Shown here piece by piece: positions 52,193 through 64,000 of a DNA stretch of 64,000 nt. A program made the position numbers and the translations under genes. The DNA comes from Octopus sinensis. Lineage: Eukaryota. Location of the stretch: contig NC_043005.1 of assembly GCF_006345805.1 (NCBI RefSeq), positions 20,088,001 through 20,152,000 on the forward strand, given 5' to 3'. Position 1 is the first letter of the stretch. Every line of letters starts with the position of its first letter. Below the pieces are notes generated by a model. The model saw only the letters and a program-made list of their open reading frames with translations. It had not been told where the DNA came from and searched no databases.

Positions 52193-52696
52193 GTGATGAT
52201 GATGATGATGATGATATTCTATTATCTTCAGCATTTATAGGTGAAGTCTACAAATGCTTCTACACCAAGAAACAAAAAAGATTGTAGAATATGTGCATAT
52301 GTACACATACATGTATATGTATATACTTACATACATATGTGTATGTGTGCATGTGTGTGCATATGTACTTCAGTATGTATTCCTCTTGATGTTCATGCTG
52401 ACTGTAAAGAAAGACTCACTGTTTAAACAAAGTGTCACTTGTTTGCAATCCTCCGTAAAAACATGTGCAGGCTGTTCCTTGTTTGAAAGACTAGGGAAAG
52501 CATTACCTTGCCTGTAAACAAGTGAGGATTAGTGACAAGACATAGATCTGGCAAAAGAAAAATCCACTTCAACAAAGTTATCATTTGACCAATGAAAGAT
52601 AAACATTAAAATGACAATGACAAAACATTATCATCATCATTTTTATGCCCATCTTTTTTTTATCCTATTATTGACTGAACAGAGAGGTTGCTTTAC

Positions 52697-53109
52697 CTTT
52701 ACTCTTTTACTCTTTTACTTGTTTCAGTCATTTGACTGCGGCCAGTCTGGAGCACCACCTTTAATCGAGCAACTCGACCTCCAAGACTTATTCTTTTGTA
52801 AGCCCAGTACTTATTCTATCGGTCTCTTTTGCCAAACCGCTAAGTAACGGGGACATAAACACACCAGCATCGGTTGTCAAGCAATGCTAGGGGGACAAAC
52901 ACAGACACACAAACACACACACGCATATATATATATACATATATACGACGGGCTTCTTTCAGTTTCCGTCTACCAAATCCACTCACAAGGCTTTGGTCGG
53001 TCCGAGGCTATAGTAGAAGACACTTGCCCAAGGTGCTACGCAGTGGGACTGAACCCGGAACCATGTGGTTGGTAAACAAGCTACTTACCACACAGTCACT
53101 CCTGGGCCT
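52697..53109 (-). mobile_element. SINE family A
   Basis: Reverse complement of the family A consensus. Confidence 0.92.
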
Positions 53110-53336
53110 TTGTATCAGTTTTTATTTCAAGAGTTACTGTCCTCCTTGATGGGCGACCTATGATGAAGTTTATGGAGTCCACATCTCATTGGCACACCCC
53201 ATTTTTGGTGTGATTCCTATGACTGGATGCCCTTTACAGCATATTTCATGTTTCTCAATAGATTCTGTGAAAAGTTAAAAAGGTGAACAAGATATTGAAT
53301 CAAAGCAAACATTAATCTGTAGGTTATATTGATAGG

Positions 53337-53436
53337 NNNNNNNNNNNNNNNNNNNNNNNNNNNNNNNNNNNNNNNNNNNNNNNNNNNNNNNNNNNNNNNN
53401 NNNNNNNNNNNNNNNNNNNNNNNNNNNNNNNNNNNN
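53337..53436. other. Assembly gap (100 N)
   Basis: Run of exactly 100 N. Confidence 1.
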
Positions 53437-53774
53437 TGGTTTAGAGCAATAGCTCTGTTCATAGCAAGTGGTATTTCATTACCCTCTGTATTTTATTCAT
53501 ACTTTACCTATAAATGTCTAAACTTGCTAGCCACTCTACTATCAACATTATTTTTACAAATGTTAGTGATAGTTATTTAAATCTATATACACACACATAA
53601 TGTTTGTCTGTGGTATGCATATATATGAGTGTGTGGTGTGTACATATATATATATATTATATATTATATATATATATATAATATATAATATATATATATA
53701 TCTATATATATATTATGTATGTATGTATGTATGTATATGTATATGTATATTGTGGATGTATAAATTATAGAGGT

Positions 53775-53989
53775 AATGGTTCCAATAAGACCCAAAGGTG
53801 TCAAGTAATGCTGAGTAAGTGCTATGGACAGACTATAACTATTGCTTAATCATTTTCTCACACCGTCTCCGATGAAGGGATATATAAAATATCCTGGAAA
53901 CAGCTGTAAGACCTTCTATTTATAAATGTTCTGAAATCTTTCACAGCCTTGGATTTTTATCGCATTCTGAAAAAATTTTCTTATATTTT

Positions 53990-53990
<1 letters not shown>
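53775..53990 (+). mobile_element. Penelope-like pseudo-LTR with a hammerhead motif at 53865-53912
   Basis: GTCT-CCGATGA-A-GGGATAT(ataaa)ATATCCT-G-GAAAC-AGCT-GTA-AGAC, flanked by (TA)-rich tracts. Confidence 0.7.
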
Positions 53991-54025
<35 letters not shown>

Positions 54026-54230
54026 TATGTATGTACATATATGTATGTATATATATATGTGTATGCATATATGTATGTATGTATATATATCTGTATGCAT
54101 ATATGTATGTATATATATGTGTATATATATATTGTATTTATATATATATATATATGTATATATTTATGTATATTATGTATATATATAATTTATATATGTT
54201 ATATAATATTTATGATGTATCTATATATAT

Positions 54231-54282
<52 letters not shown>

Positions 54283-54329
54283 CATATATATATATTTATG
54301 TATATATGATTGTAATTCACTGATGATGT

Positions 54330-54757
54330 TTCATCATCATCATCATCGTTTAGCATCCGCTTTCCATGCTAGCATGGGTTGGACGGGATGTTTATATATA
54401 TATATATCAGTGCCGGTGGCACGTAAGAGAACCGTCTGAACGTGACCGTTGCCAGCGCCGCCCCAACTGCACCATCCAATTGTGGCCGTTGCCAGCCTCG
54501 TATGGCCCCCTGGCCGGTGGCACATAAAAAGCACCATCCGATCGTGGCCGTTTGCCAGCCTCGTCTGGCACCTGTGTAGGTGGCACATAAAAAGCACCCA
54601 CTACACTCTCAGAGTGGTTGGTGTTAGGAAGGGCATCCAGCTGTAGAAACACTGCCAGATCATACTGGGCCTGGTGCAGCCTCCTGGCTTCCCAGACCCC
54701 AGTTGAACCGTCCAACCCATGCTAGCATGGAAAACAGACATTAAATGATGATGATGA
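54330..54757 (+). mobile_element. RTE 3'UTR copy (54408-54757) preceded by an inverted copy of its own 3' end (54330-54388)
   Basis: catcatcgtttagcatccgctttccatgctagcatgggttggacgg is the approximate reverse complement of 54707-54757. Confidence 0.8.
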
Positions 54758-54921
54758 TGAATATATATAATATAATATATATATATATATGTAGGTCCCG
54801 GGTTGATTCGGGGTTAACCACAGTAAATAAGGTACTCAATACATGCAGAGTAAAATTATTTATTATATAGAAGGAGCTTCTACAGGACTAGAAGTGTTTC
54901 ATTCAAGAGAAATATATATAT

Positions 54922-54970
<49 letters not shown>

Positions 54971-55262
54971 GTATGTATGTATTATGTATGTATGTATATA
55001 TATGGCTGTAATTCGACTGATGATGTCAATGATAACCGTAACAATGATAATATTAGTTAGTATGGTCCATTAAAAGCACCCTACGATTGTTGGGCGATAT
55101 TCTGTGCTTGTGAAAACCTGTTGAACCAAGTGAAATTGTAGTGATGGCCAGTCGTCTGACTGGCACCCATGCTGGTGGCACATAAAAAGCACAGTTCAAG
55201 CATTGAGCGTCATAGAGACAGTGGCAGGTGGCCAAGACCCTTGGCAATATACCGTGCTTGTA

Positions 55263-55477
55263 AGGCAGCGAACTGACAGAAAAGTTAGCATGCCAGGTGA
55301 AATGCTTAGCGGTATTTCATGTCTTTACATATTGAGTTCAAATTCCGCCGAGGTCGTCTTTGCATTTCATCCTTTCAGGGTCGATAAATTAAGTACCAGT
55401 TACATACTGGGGTTGACCTAATCGACTGGCCCCTCCCCAAAAATTCCAGGTCTTGTGCCTAGAGTAGAAAAGAATAT
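55263..55477 (+). mobile_element. SINE family C inserted in an older RTE 3'UTR copy (about 55100-55735)
   Basis: Core gagttcaaattccgccgaggtcg.ctttgc.tttcatcctttc.gggtcgataaattaagtacc. 15-bp TSD AATATACCGTGCTTG (55246-55260) / AATATACCGTACTTG (55473-55487). Confidence 0.9.
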
Positions 55478-56495
55478 ACCGTACTTGTGTTGACCTGTCA
55501 AACCAAGTGCGACCATAGTTGTGGCCAATGCCGATGTCAGGTCAATGGCATGTAAAAAGCACCTATTACACTCTCAAAGTGGTTTGTGTTAGGAAGGGCA
55601 TCAAACCATAGAAACCTTGCCAAATCAGATTGGAACCTGGTGCAGCGTCCTAGCTTACCAGTTTTCAGTCAAACTGTCCAACCCATGCCAGCATGGTAAG
55701 CAGACGTTAAACAATGATGATGATGATGACAATGATGATAATGATGATGATAATGATATAATGGTGATGCTTATGTTGACGACAACTTTGATGATAGCAA
55801 CGATAGGCATGATGGCAAAGATGGCAATTGCAGTATCAGTGATGTTGATTATCATGACAATGATGAAAGCGACAATGACTATGATAACGATAAAGATCAC
55901 AGTCTTAATTATCATGATCATTGTATCAGGCTTATGCTGTTGACACTGTTGGCGGCGGTGGTGGTGATAGTGAGGATCATGATGATGATGATGATGATGA
56001 TGGTAGTAGTGGTGTGATTATGTTGTTTGTCAGTAGTTTATAAAACAGTAAGGATTATATGGAAAACAGACTGTAAGTTATTCATTAAAACTAGCAGGGA
56101 TTAAGCTGTCAGCTGTTAAGATATCTTTCAGCTAACACATTTATTCTAACATGTAAATAACATAAACATTCTAGACTATTCTATTTGCATTTTAATTTGC
56201 TATAGTAATTAATATTACTATTATTTCTTTCCCTTTTGATTTTTGTTTCCTTGTGGGTGTATGTGTGTGCCTCTGTGTGTGTGTGCACGCATGTGTGTAT
56301 GAGAGAAGGAAGGAAAAGAATTCTTATTTCTCCTGCCTGTGATTCTTATTATATTTACAATAACCTTAATCAAATTGTATGTATATGGATTTACAAGCAT
56401 TTCCATATTATATGTATAAACGTATCTGATGTGCAAATGTGTACACATATATATGCATAGATAGATAGATAGAGAGACAGATATACATATATATA

Positions 56496-56526
<31 letters not shown>

Positions 56527-56556
56527 GTCTGTCTGTGTGTGTAAATACGTGTGTGC

Positions 56557-56588
<32 letters not shown>

Positions 56589-57222
56589 ATATATATATAC
56601 ATATATATATGTATGTATGTGTGTCTGTGTGTATATATATATATGTGTATATATATATATATGCACATAAATATATCACCATCATGATGATGTATATATA
56701 TATATATATAAACATACATACACTCACACACATCCATGTACATATATATATATATGTATATATAAATATATATATATGTCTATGCATATAAATATGTCTG
56801 CACATATTAAATTGCGTACACACACTCACACACACACTCACACACATTCATACACACATATACAGAGAAAGTCTCACTCACCAATACAGATAATGCTTTA
56901 TTATCATCCATGTTGACAAAACGTTTACAAAGAGTGAAGCGTGTATGAGTTATGATTGAGTAAAACGTTGTGATTTATATCCGTGGACTCTTCAACTCTG
57001 CAGCTGCATCATGGTGCATCTGTCAGTTCTACCTTCCTTAATTAATATTGGCTCTTTTGATCTTTTGTTGTGGGGTGTTTCTGTTGTCATTGTTGTTGTT
57101 GACGCTGTTAGCAGAAGTATTAGTATTATTACTATCTTCTTGAGTTACCATCCTGTTAGATAACTTATTGGTATCACTAATTACAACAGTTATCTTTAGT
57201 ATCGCAAATACATCTGTATGTG

Positions 57223-57258
<36 letters not shown>

Positions 57259-57397
57259 CACATATGTAGCTTTACTGTAGGAGGCAAGCTATGAAAGTTT
57301 TGCCAGGATTTGAAATCAACAAAACTCTTTCACTCTCTCTCCCCCAACCTTTATATGCATACGCATGTGTATGTGTGTGTGTATGTGTGTGTGTGTA

Positions 57398-57429
<32 letters not shown>

Positions 57430-57430
57430 C

Positions 57431-57697
57431 ATAGGCATAGGAGTGGCTGTGTGGTAAGTAGCTTGCTTACCAACCACATGGTTCCGGGTTCAGTCTCACT
57501 GTGTGGCACCTTGAGCAAATGTCTTCTACGATAGCCTCTGGCCGACCAAAGCCATGTGAGTGGATTTGGTTGACAGAAACTGAAAGAAGTCCATCGCATA
57601 TATGTATATATATATATATTATATATAGTTATATTATATATATTATATATATATATATTATATATATATATATATATTATATATATATATATATAAT

Positions 57698-57766
<69 letters not shown>

Positions 57767-58000
57767 TATATATATATATGTATGTATGTGTGTGTATGTG
57801 TCTGTGTTTGTGTCCCCCCCCCCCACATCGCTTGACAACCGATGCTGGTGTGTTTATATCCCCATAACTTAGCAGTCCGGCAAAAGAGATCCGATAGAAT
57901 AAGTACTAGGCTTACAAAGAATAAGTCCTGGGGTCGATTTGCTCGACTAAAGGCGGTGCTCCAGCATGGCCACAGTCAAATGACTGAAACAAGTAAAAGA
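57431..58000 (+). mobile_element. SINE family A with expanded internal (TA)n
   Basis: Family A head and tail. Confidence 0.92.
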
Positions 58001-58049
58001 TATATATATATATATATATGTATCATCGTCATCATATATATAATGTACT

Positions 58050-58272
58050 ATTCCATGATAGAAAATTCCACAAAAGAAGCACTCCGTCTGATGAGAGATA
58101 GATATTATTTATTTAAAGGACATACTACACATCCTTAAGCGCTATAAATAGTTTTGTATGTTGAGAAATATCTCAAACATATTCTTCAGGCACAAACCAC
58201 GTATCATAATGAAGTGGAAGAATATGATTGAGATATTTCTCAACATATGAAAGTATCAGTAGCACTTAAGGC
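58050..58272. mobile_element. Fold-back Penelope-like remnant with two complementary degenerate hammerheads
   Basis: Arms 58148-58188 and 58217-58256. The minus copy keeps GTGC-CTGAAGA; the plus copy keeps GAAA...GTA-GCAC. Confidence 0.6.
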
Positions 58273-58704
58273 CATATATTATGTCCTTTAAATATATATA
58301 TGTATGTGTGTGTGTGTGTAATGTATATGTGTGTGAGTGTGTGTCACTATCATTTTACATCTGTTTTTCATGCTGGTATGAGTTGGATAGGTCACCATAG
58401 TCCAAATCAGTTTCCATTGAGGGTTACCGCTACAGTCTAGTTGCTCATACATATCCTTTGGGCTAGGTTTCTATGGCTGGGTGCCCTTCCAGTCAACCAC
58501 TAAAGTTTACAGAGTGTATTGTTTGTACATGAAGGCTGGACTATTTGGGTGAAGTCAAGGAAGAGAGGAAATGACTGGTACTAGCAGAGGTGGAGAAAAT
58601 TAAAGATAGGTAATGAAATAAGGTAAGAAAGAGTAATTCGCAAAGAAGTAACCTGGACAAAGTTTGAAGTAGGGGATGAGATAAAGGAAATATAAGTGAG
58701 GGGA

Positions 58705-58912
58705 AGGCAGCAAGCTGGCAGAAACATTAGCACACCAGGCGAAATGCTTAGTCTGTCTTTATGTTCTGAGTTCAAATTCTGTCATGGTTGACTTTGCTTT
58801 TCACCCTTCTTGGGTCGATAAATTAAGTACCATTTGCATACTGGGTTGATCTAATTGACTGTCCCCCTTCCCAAAAATTTCGAGCCTTGTGTCTAGAGTA
58901 GAAAAGAATATT
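58705..58912 (+). mobile_element. SINE family C
   Basis: Similar to 55263-55477. Confidence 0.85.
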
Positions 58913-59549
58913 AGGTGACGGGTAGCTAAAGAGATTTCTGGCTGGCAGCACATTATGTTGAAGTTATCTTTACATGTGTACGGCCTAGTGGGTTGGGTAT
59001 TGCACTCACAAAGCACTGGATCATGGGTTTGATTCCTGAACAAAATGTTTCATTTCATATTCTTCTGCAACCATTTCGACATCTGATGTGTGGCACACTT
59101 GAGAAAGCCACTCTGTCGATTTGATGGAAGGAGTGAGGTTTTGTAATCACAAACATTTAATCACTATAAACACGTCATCTGTGTGGTTGTTCAGCATGAA
59201 ACTGCAGAAACCCCATCCGTCTTTTAATGACAGGAAAGTTTGTGATAGTAATAATAATAATAATAATAAAAACAGCGTCAATAACCATGACGCTGACACA
59301 TAAAAGGCACCCATAATGGTGACGCATAAAAGGTACCCAATACACTCTTTGAGTGGTTGGCATTAGGAAGGGCATCCAGCTGTAGAAACCTTGCCAAAAT
59401 CAGACTGGAGCCTGGCACAGCTCTCCAGCTTACCAGTTCCAGTCGAACTGTCTAACCCATGCCAGCACAGAAAACAGACGCTAAATGATGATGATCATGA
59501 TATATTCATACAATATATATATATATAATGTATATATATATATAATATC

Positions 59550-59581
<32 letters not shown>

Positions 59582-59589
59582 AATTTCTT

Positions 59590-60295
59590 TCACCCTAGCA
59601 GTTGAGGGAACCTGTGGAAGAGGTAGACCCAGGAAAACCTGGGACGAGGTGGTGAAGCACGACCTTGAACTTTAGGTCTCACCAAGGAAATGACTAAGAC
59701 CGAGACCTATGGAGTATGCTGTGCGTGAGAAGACCTGGCAAGACTAGTGAGGCCATAACCCGTGGCCCCTACCTAGGACGTAGTCAGTCCACCTTGCATA
59801 CCTTCCTTCTTGGGACACTTGTGAAGACCTGGTGAGGCAAGTGAAAATCAAACCAAATCAAAATAGATGAACATCAATGGAATTTGTATCTTTGTGGTAC
59901 CAGTGCCGGTGGCACATAAGAAAACCATCCAAACGTGGCCGTAGCCAGTACCGCATCGACTGGCCTCCGTGCTGTGGGTACGTAACAAACACCATCCAAT
60001 CGTGGCCGTTCGCCAGCCTCGTCTGGCACCTGTGTCGGTGGCACATAAAAACACCATCCAAGCGTGGCCGTTCGCCAGCCTCGTCTGGCACCTGTGTCGG
60101 TGGCACATAAAATCACCCACTACACTCTCGGAGTGGTTGGCGTTAGGAAGGGCATCCAGCTGTAGAAACACTGCCAGATCTGACTGGCCTGGTGCAGTCT
60201 TCAGGCTCCCCAGACCCCAGTTGAACCGTCCAACCCATGCTAGCATGGAAAGCGGACGTTAAACGATGATGATGATGATGATGATGATGATGATA
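59590..60295 (+). mobile_element. 5'-truncated RTE LINE: ORF end plus full 3'UTR with tandem units of about 61 bp and a (GAT)n tail
   Basis: EGTCGRGRPRKTWDEVVKHDL... followed by the family B sequence, showing that family B is this LINE's 3' end. Another fragment lies at 59322-59495. Confidence 0.9.
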
Positions 60296-60456
60296 TATAT
60301 ATATATATATGTATATATTTATATACACAAATATGTATACAAATACATATATACAAATACACACATACACAATGCATATATATACACACATACACAATAC
60401 AAATATATAGCATCCAACCCAAGACAGCATGAAAAACAAATGTTAGATTATGATAA

Positions 60457-60502
<46 letters not shown>

Positions 60503-60836
60503 CATATAAAGGTTTAGGAAACATTTGTCAGAAACACATTAGTTGAAAGCATATTGTCTGAAAGACTTATCTATTGCAAAACAAATTCATAGAAAACAAA
60601 ATTAGTCAAGAGACAAATTGATTAAAAACATATTAATCAAAGTTAGGTTGAAATATTCATCAAAATTTTAACATTTTTTGATGAAATAGATAAATGCTAT
60701 GCAATGATATATTAATATTTGAACCAAATGCAATGTTTTATGATATCAGAATGATCAAGGAATGCTTACAAATACAATTAAATGTAACATCAACAAAGGT
60801 TTACTAAAAAAAATGAGTCTTTAATAATCAAACAAG

Positions 60837-61090
60837 TGGAAGCATGTGGTTTAATGGTTAGAGTGTTGGACTCCTGATTGTAAGATTGTGGTTTCAATTC
60901 CTGGACTGAGCGACAAGTTTTGTTCTTGAGCAAAACTCTTCATTTCACATTACTCCAGTCCACTCAGCTGATGAAAATGAGTAATCCTGCAAGGGACTGG
61001 CGACCCATCAGGTGGGGAACATATCACACTGTGGAAGCTGGGAAAACAGCCTTATGAGTCTATATGACTCAGGAAGGGGCTTTACCCATT
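60837..61090 (+). mobile_element. tRNA-derived SINE family D
   Basis: tggtttaatggttagagtgttggactc...ggtttcaattcctgg head, then gttcttgagcaaaac. Confidence 0.8.
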
Positions 61091-61243
61091 GTCCTAATAA
61101 TCAGACAAGTAAACATGTAATGAGAGTGTCCCTCTGATCACCAAGGGTCTGTCCAACCATGTAAACAATTCTGGCTATGAAACAGTGTCATCTTTATTTA
61201 TTAACTAAGATACACTCCAAACAATAATTGTGTCCTTGTACAG

Positions 61244-61562
61244 AAAATGCTAAATGAAATTGCACTACAATTGATTAGAAGTAAATATGTGATGTGCAGA
61301 ACACAGCAAGCTATAATGAGCCAATATTTTAGTTCAGAATATAAGAATTCAGTAAACGTGTACTTTATTTGTTGAAAATAGTTTTATGACAGCAAAACTG
61401 GTCAGTCAAAGGGAGTTGATTGTGATGAAATTCCACTGCTGAAGAATGTTAGAATAACACACTTGGGAGTATATACAAACATACTGTTTTCATTATTGCA
61501 TTCACATTTCAAGGTGATATCATGGAGGATCATGACATCAAATTTACATGTGCTGAAAAAGA
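61244..61562 (+). other. Two candidate exons (61244-61351 KMLNEIALQLIRSKYVMCRTQQAIMSQYFSSEYKNS; 61514-61562 GDIMEDHDIKFTCAEK)
   Basis: AG/GT-bounded open frames in non-repetitive sequence. No homology recognised. Confidence 0.15.
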
Positions 61563-61591
61563 GTAAATGAAGTTAGTCATCATCATTTAAT

Positions 61592-62010
61592 CTCTTTTTA
61601 CTCTTTTTTTTTTACTCTTTTTACTTGTTTCAGTCATTTGACTGTGGCCATGCTGAAGCACCGCCTTTAGTTGAGCAAATCGACCCCAGGACTTATTCTT
61701 TGTAAGCCTAGTACTTATTCTATCGGTCTATTTTGCCAAACCGCTAAGTTACGGGGATGCAATCACACCAAGCGATGTTGGGGGGACAAACACAGACACA
61801 CAAACGTATACACACACACATACATATATACATATACATATATATGACGGGCTTCTTTCAGTTTCCATCTACCAAATCCATTCACAAGGCTTTGGTTGGC
61901 CTGAGGCTATAGTAGAAGACACTTGCCCAAGGTGCCACACAGTGGGACTGAACCCAGAACCATGTGGTTGGTAAGCAAGCTACTTACCACACAGCCACTC
62001 CTGCGCCTAT
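61592..62010 (-). mobile_element. SINE family A
   Basis: Reverse complement of the family A consensus. Confidence 0.92.
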
Positions 62011-62089
62011 ATGTCTGTTTTCTTTGCTAGCATGGATTAGATTTTATTACAACAAAAACATTGATTTCAAAAACTATTGGCAATGTGGA

Positions 62090-62960
62090 GTTAAAAGTTG
62101 TTTTATCAAATGAAAGAGATCTCAAAAGAAACCTTACAAGATTCTAACTCTGCAAATCAAAGAACAATCTTAAAGACAAAAAAGAAAAAAGAAAGAAAAT
62201 TGATCCAAATGCCAGTGACAGTTGTAAAATCCCTATTTAGAAGAGGCTTTAGGCTCTCATCCACCAATGATGTACTAGATGAAGAAATCTGCTAAATAAA
62301 ACAAACACTTTTCAACAGCAGGTATTCTAACAAGCAAGCAGACCAAGCCATAGAAACAATACAAGAAGAAATACAATGCTACAAATATATCAGACACTGC
62401 AACTATAAAACTGCATAAACTATGCATAAAGTGTTTTAAACAAATTTAGTATATATTAACCATAGAATAGATGGACTCACTATTAATAAGCTTGTGAAAC
62501 AGAAAACAAAATGCATTATTTCTAAATCATAAATTAACACAATACATTACAAAAGACATGTGGAAAAGGACCGAGGAGCAACTGCCGTGCCCTACATCAC
62601 ACAACACAAAAAGAAACATCAGTGATCATCATGTTTACACTCTACAGAATTCTTCACTAAAATAGATTATTAATTATGGAAGAAATACTGATAAAAATAT
62701 TGAATAAATACACAGACAGTGTACACTAATTGCAAACAAAAATAAATGTTTGACTGATGACATAGATTGGAATTCTGACAGTAATGTCCATGCCAATCAG
62801 ATTGACCTCAATATAAAAAGGTAACAACACTTATCAACATCATTTTTTCCTGAAGATGAACCTTTGAAAGTCTACAAATGTTGATGAGGTATTTATTGTA
62901 AGGAAATTACAATGAAATCATACAAAAATCTAAAAAACTCAAAGAAAAAGAATTAGGACA
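62090..62960 (+). pseudogene. Decayed Penelope-like RT C-terminal (thumb) fragment
   Basis: VVKSLFRRGFRLSSTNDVLDEEIC*IKQTLFNSRYSNKQADQAI resembles the PLE pattern 'sl..RA...cS....l.eE...i...l..NGYp...i'. A CCTGAAGATG lies near 62850. Confidence 0.5.
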
Positions 62961-63013
62961 CAGTTCTGTTTCCACCCAGTATACTCTACCTTCACTCATT
63001 CTCTACTGCCAAT

Positions 63014-63065
<52 letters not shown>

Positions 63066-63522
63066 TTCTCTCTCTCTCCAATCACTCTATTCTTACTCTC
63101 TTTACCCATCCTTTCTGTCCTTTATGTCATTGCTCACTCTTCTATGCATCTTAGAGTAGTGAGTACTCTTTGCTCTTAAGGCAGCCCTACACATTGCTGC
63201 TACTCTTATAAAATGCTCTTGGTACTTTCTGCAAAGCGGTTAGCCAACGAGTGGAAAAAGCATAGAGCTGAGATGATCCTTTAGTTTTGTCTTGCTGAAG
63301 ACAGGACAAGCACTCTATGCTGGTGCCACATATTAAATGCAACTTGTACATTCTGTAGGCAGAGCATCAAATAAAAGAAACCAAGTTGAAAATAAGACAT
63401 AGAAGCAATCTATGATCTTCCATCCTATGTATGAGAGCAATAGTTCCCAATAAGACGATGTCTAACATATGCCAGCATGCAAAGTGGGTATAAAATAATG
63501 ATAATGATGATTATGTATACAT

Positions 63523-63556
<34 letters not shown>

Positions 63557-63768
63557 CCATGTTTGTCTATCAATAAGGATTGTATAAACGGTTTCAATTT
63601 TGATATAATACCATTCATGTGTGATGTGTATGCAGTGTGTTTGCACCTGTTCTTGTGTATTTGTATTCACATGTATGTATGTGTATTATGTATGTGTGTG
63701 TGTGTGGTGTGTGTGTGTGTACACACACAAGAATATATATCTATATATATATAGTATAGATATTAAAG

Positions 63769-63811
<43 letters not shown>

Positions 63812-63912
63812 TAAATAAATGGAGTTTAACGCAGGTGTAAACTATTTATTTATTTTGTCCGTGTTAACTAGGTAAAAATACACTCATCTATTTATATATA
63901 TATATATATATA

Positions 63913-64000
63913 TCATCATCATCATCATCATCGTTTAACGTCCGTTTTCCTTGCTAGCATGGGTTGGACGGTTTGACCGGGGTCTGGGAAGCCAGGAGGC
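63913..64000 (-). mobile_element. RTE-LINE 3' end (family B), runs off the window
   Basis: (CAT)n cgtttaacgtccgttttcc.tgctagcatgggttggacgg. Confidence 0.9.

Noticed and set aside
59940-60120. Regular repeats of about 61 bp suggestive of a CRISPR-like array
   Set aside because: They are tandem units of the RTE 3'UTR with no unique spacers, in a eukaryotic context with no cas genes.

Overview
AT-rich, repeat-saturated animal genomic DNA, with a 100-N scaffold gap at 53337-53436. The SINE/LINE families and the dense (TA)n/(CA)n/(CAT)n microsatellites look like those of an octopus; this is my recognition, not a database result. No host protein-coding gene could be assembled, only a few weak candidate exons, so the window is probably intronic or intergenic. 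Almost all listed ORFs are microsatellite or TE noise. Well-supported content: (1) a full-length 2856-bp hAT transposon (9899-12754) with perfect 16-bp TIRs and an 8-bp TSD, whose transposase is broken only by one missing A; (2) an internally deleted Tc1 (DD34E-type) element; (3) a decayed R4/Dong-like REL-type LINE and several RTE fragments; (4) mariner, pogo-like and piggyBac-like MITEs; (5) many SINEs; (6) a 278-bp GC-rich TG..CA insert with a 5-bp TSD. The most striking pattern is a set of unrelated fold-back insertions, mostly in or beside (TA)n tracts, carrying minimal type-I hammerhead ribozyme motifs typical of Penelope-like elements. One is a spacer-less 560-bp palindrome with a canonical hammerhead on each strand. 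There is also an unexplained degenerate tandem array rich in TAATTA and in AG|GT(A/G)A splice-donor-like motifs at about 4830-5105.
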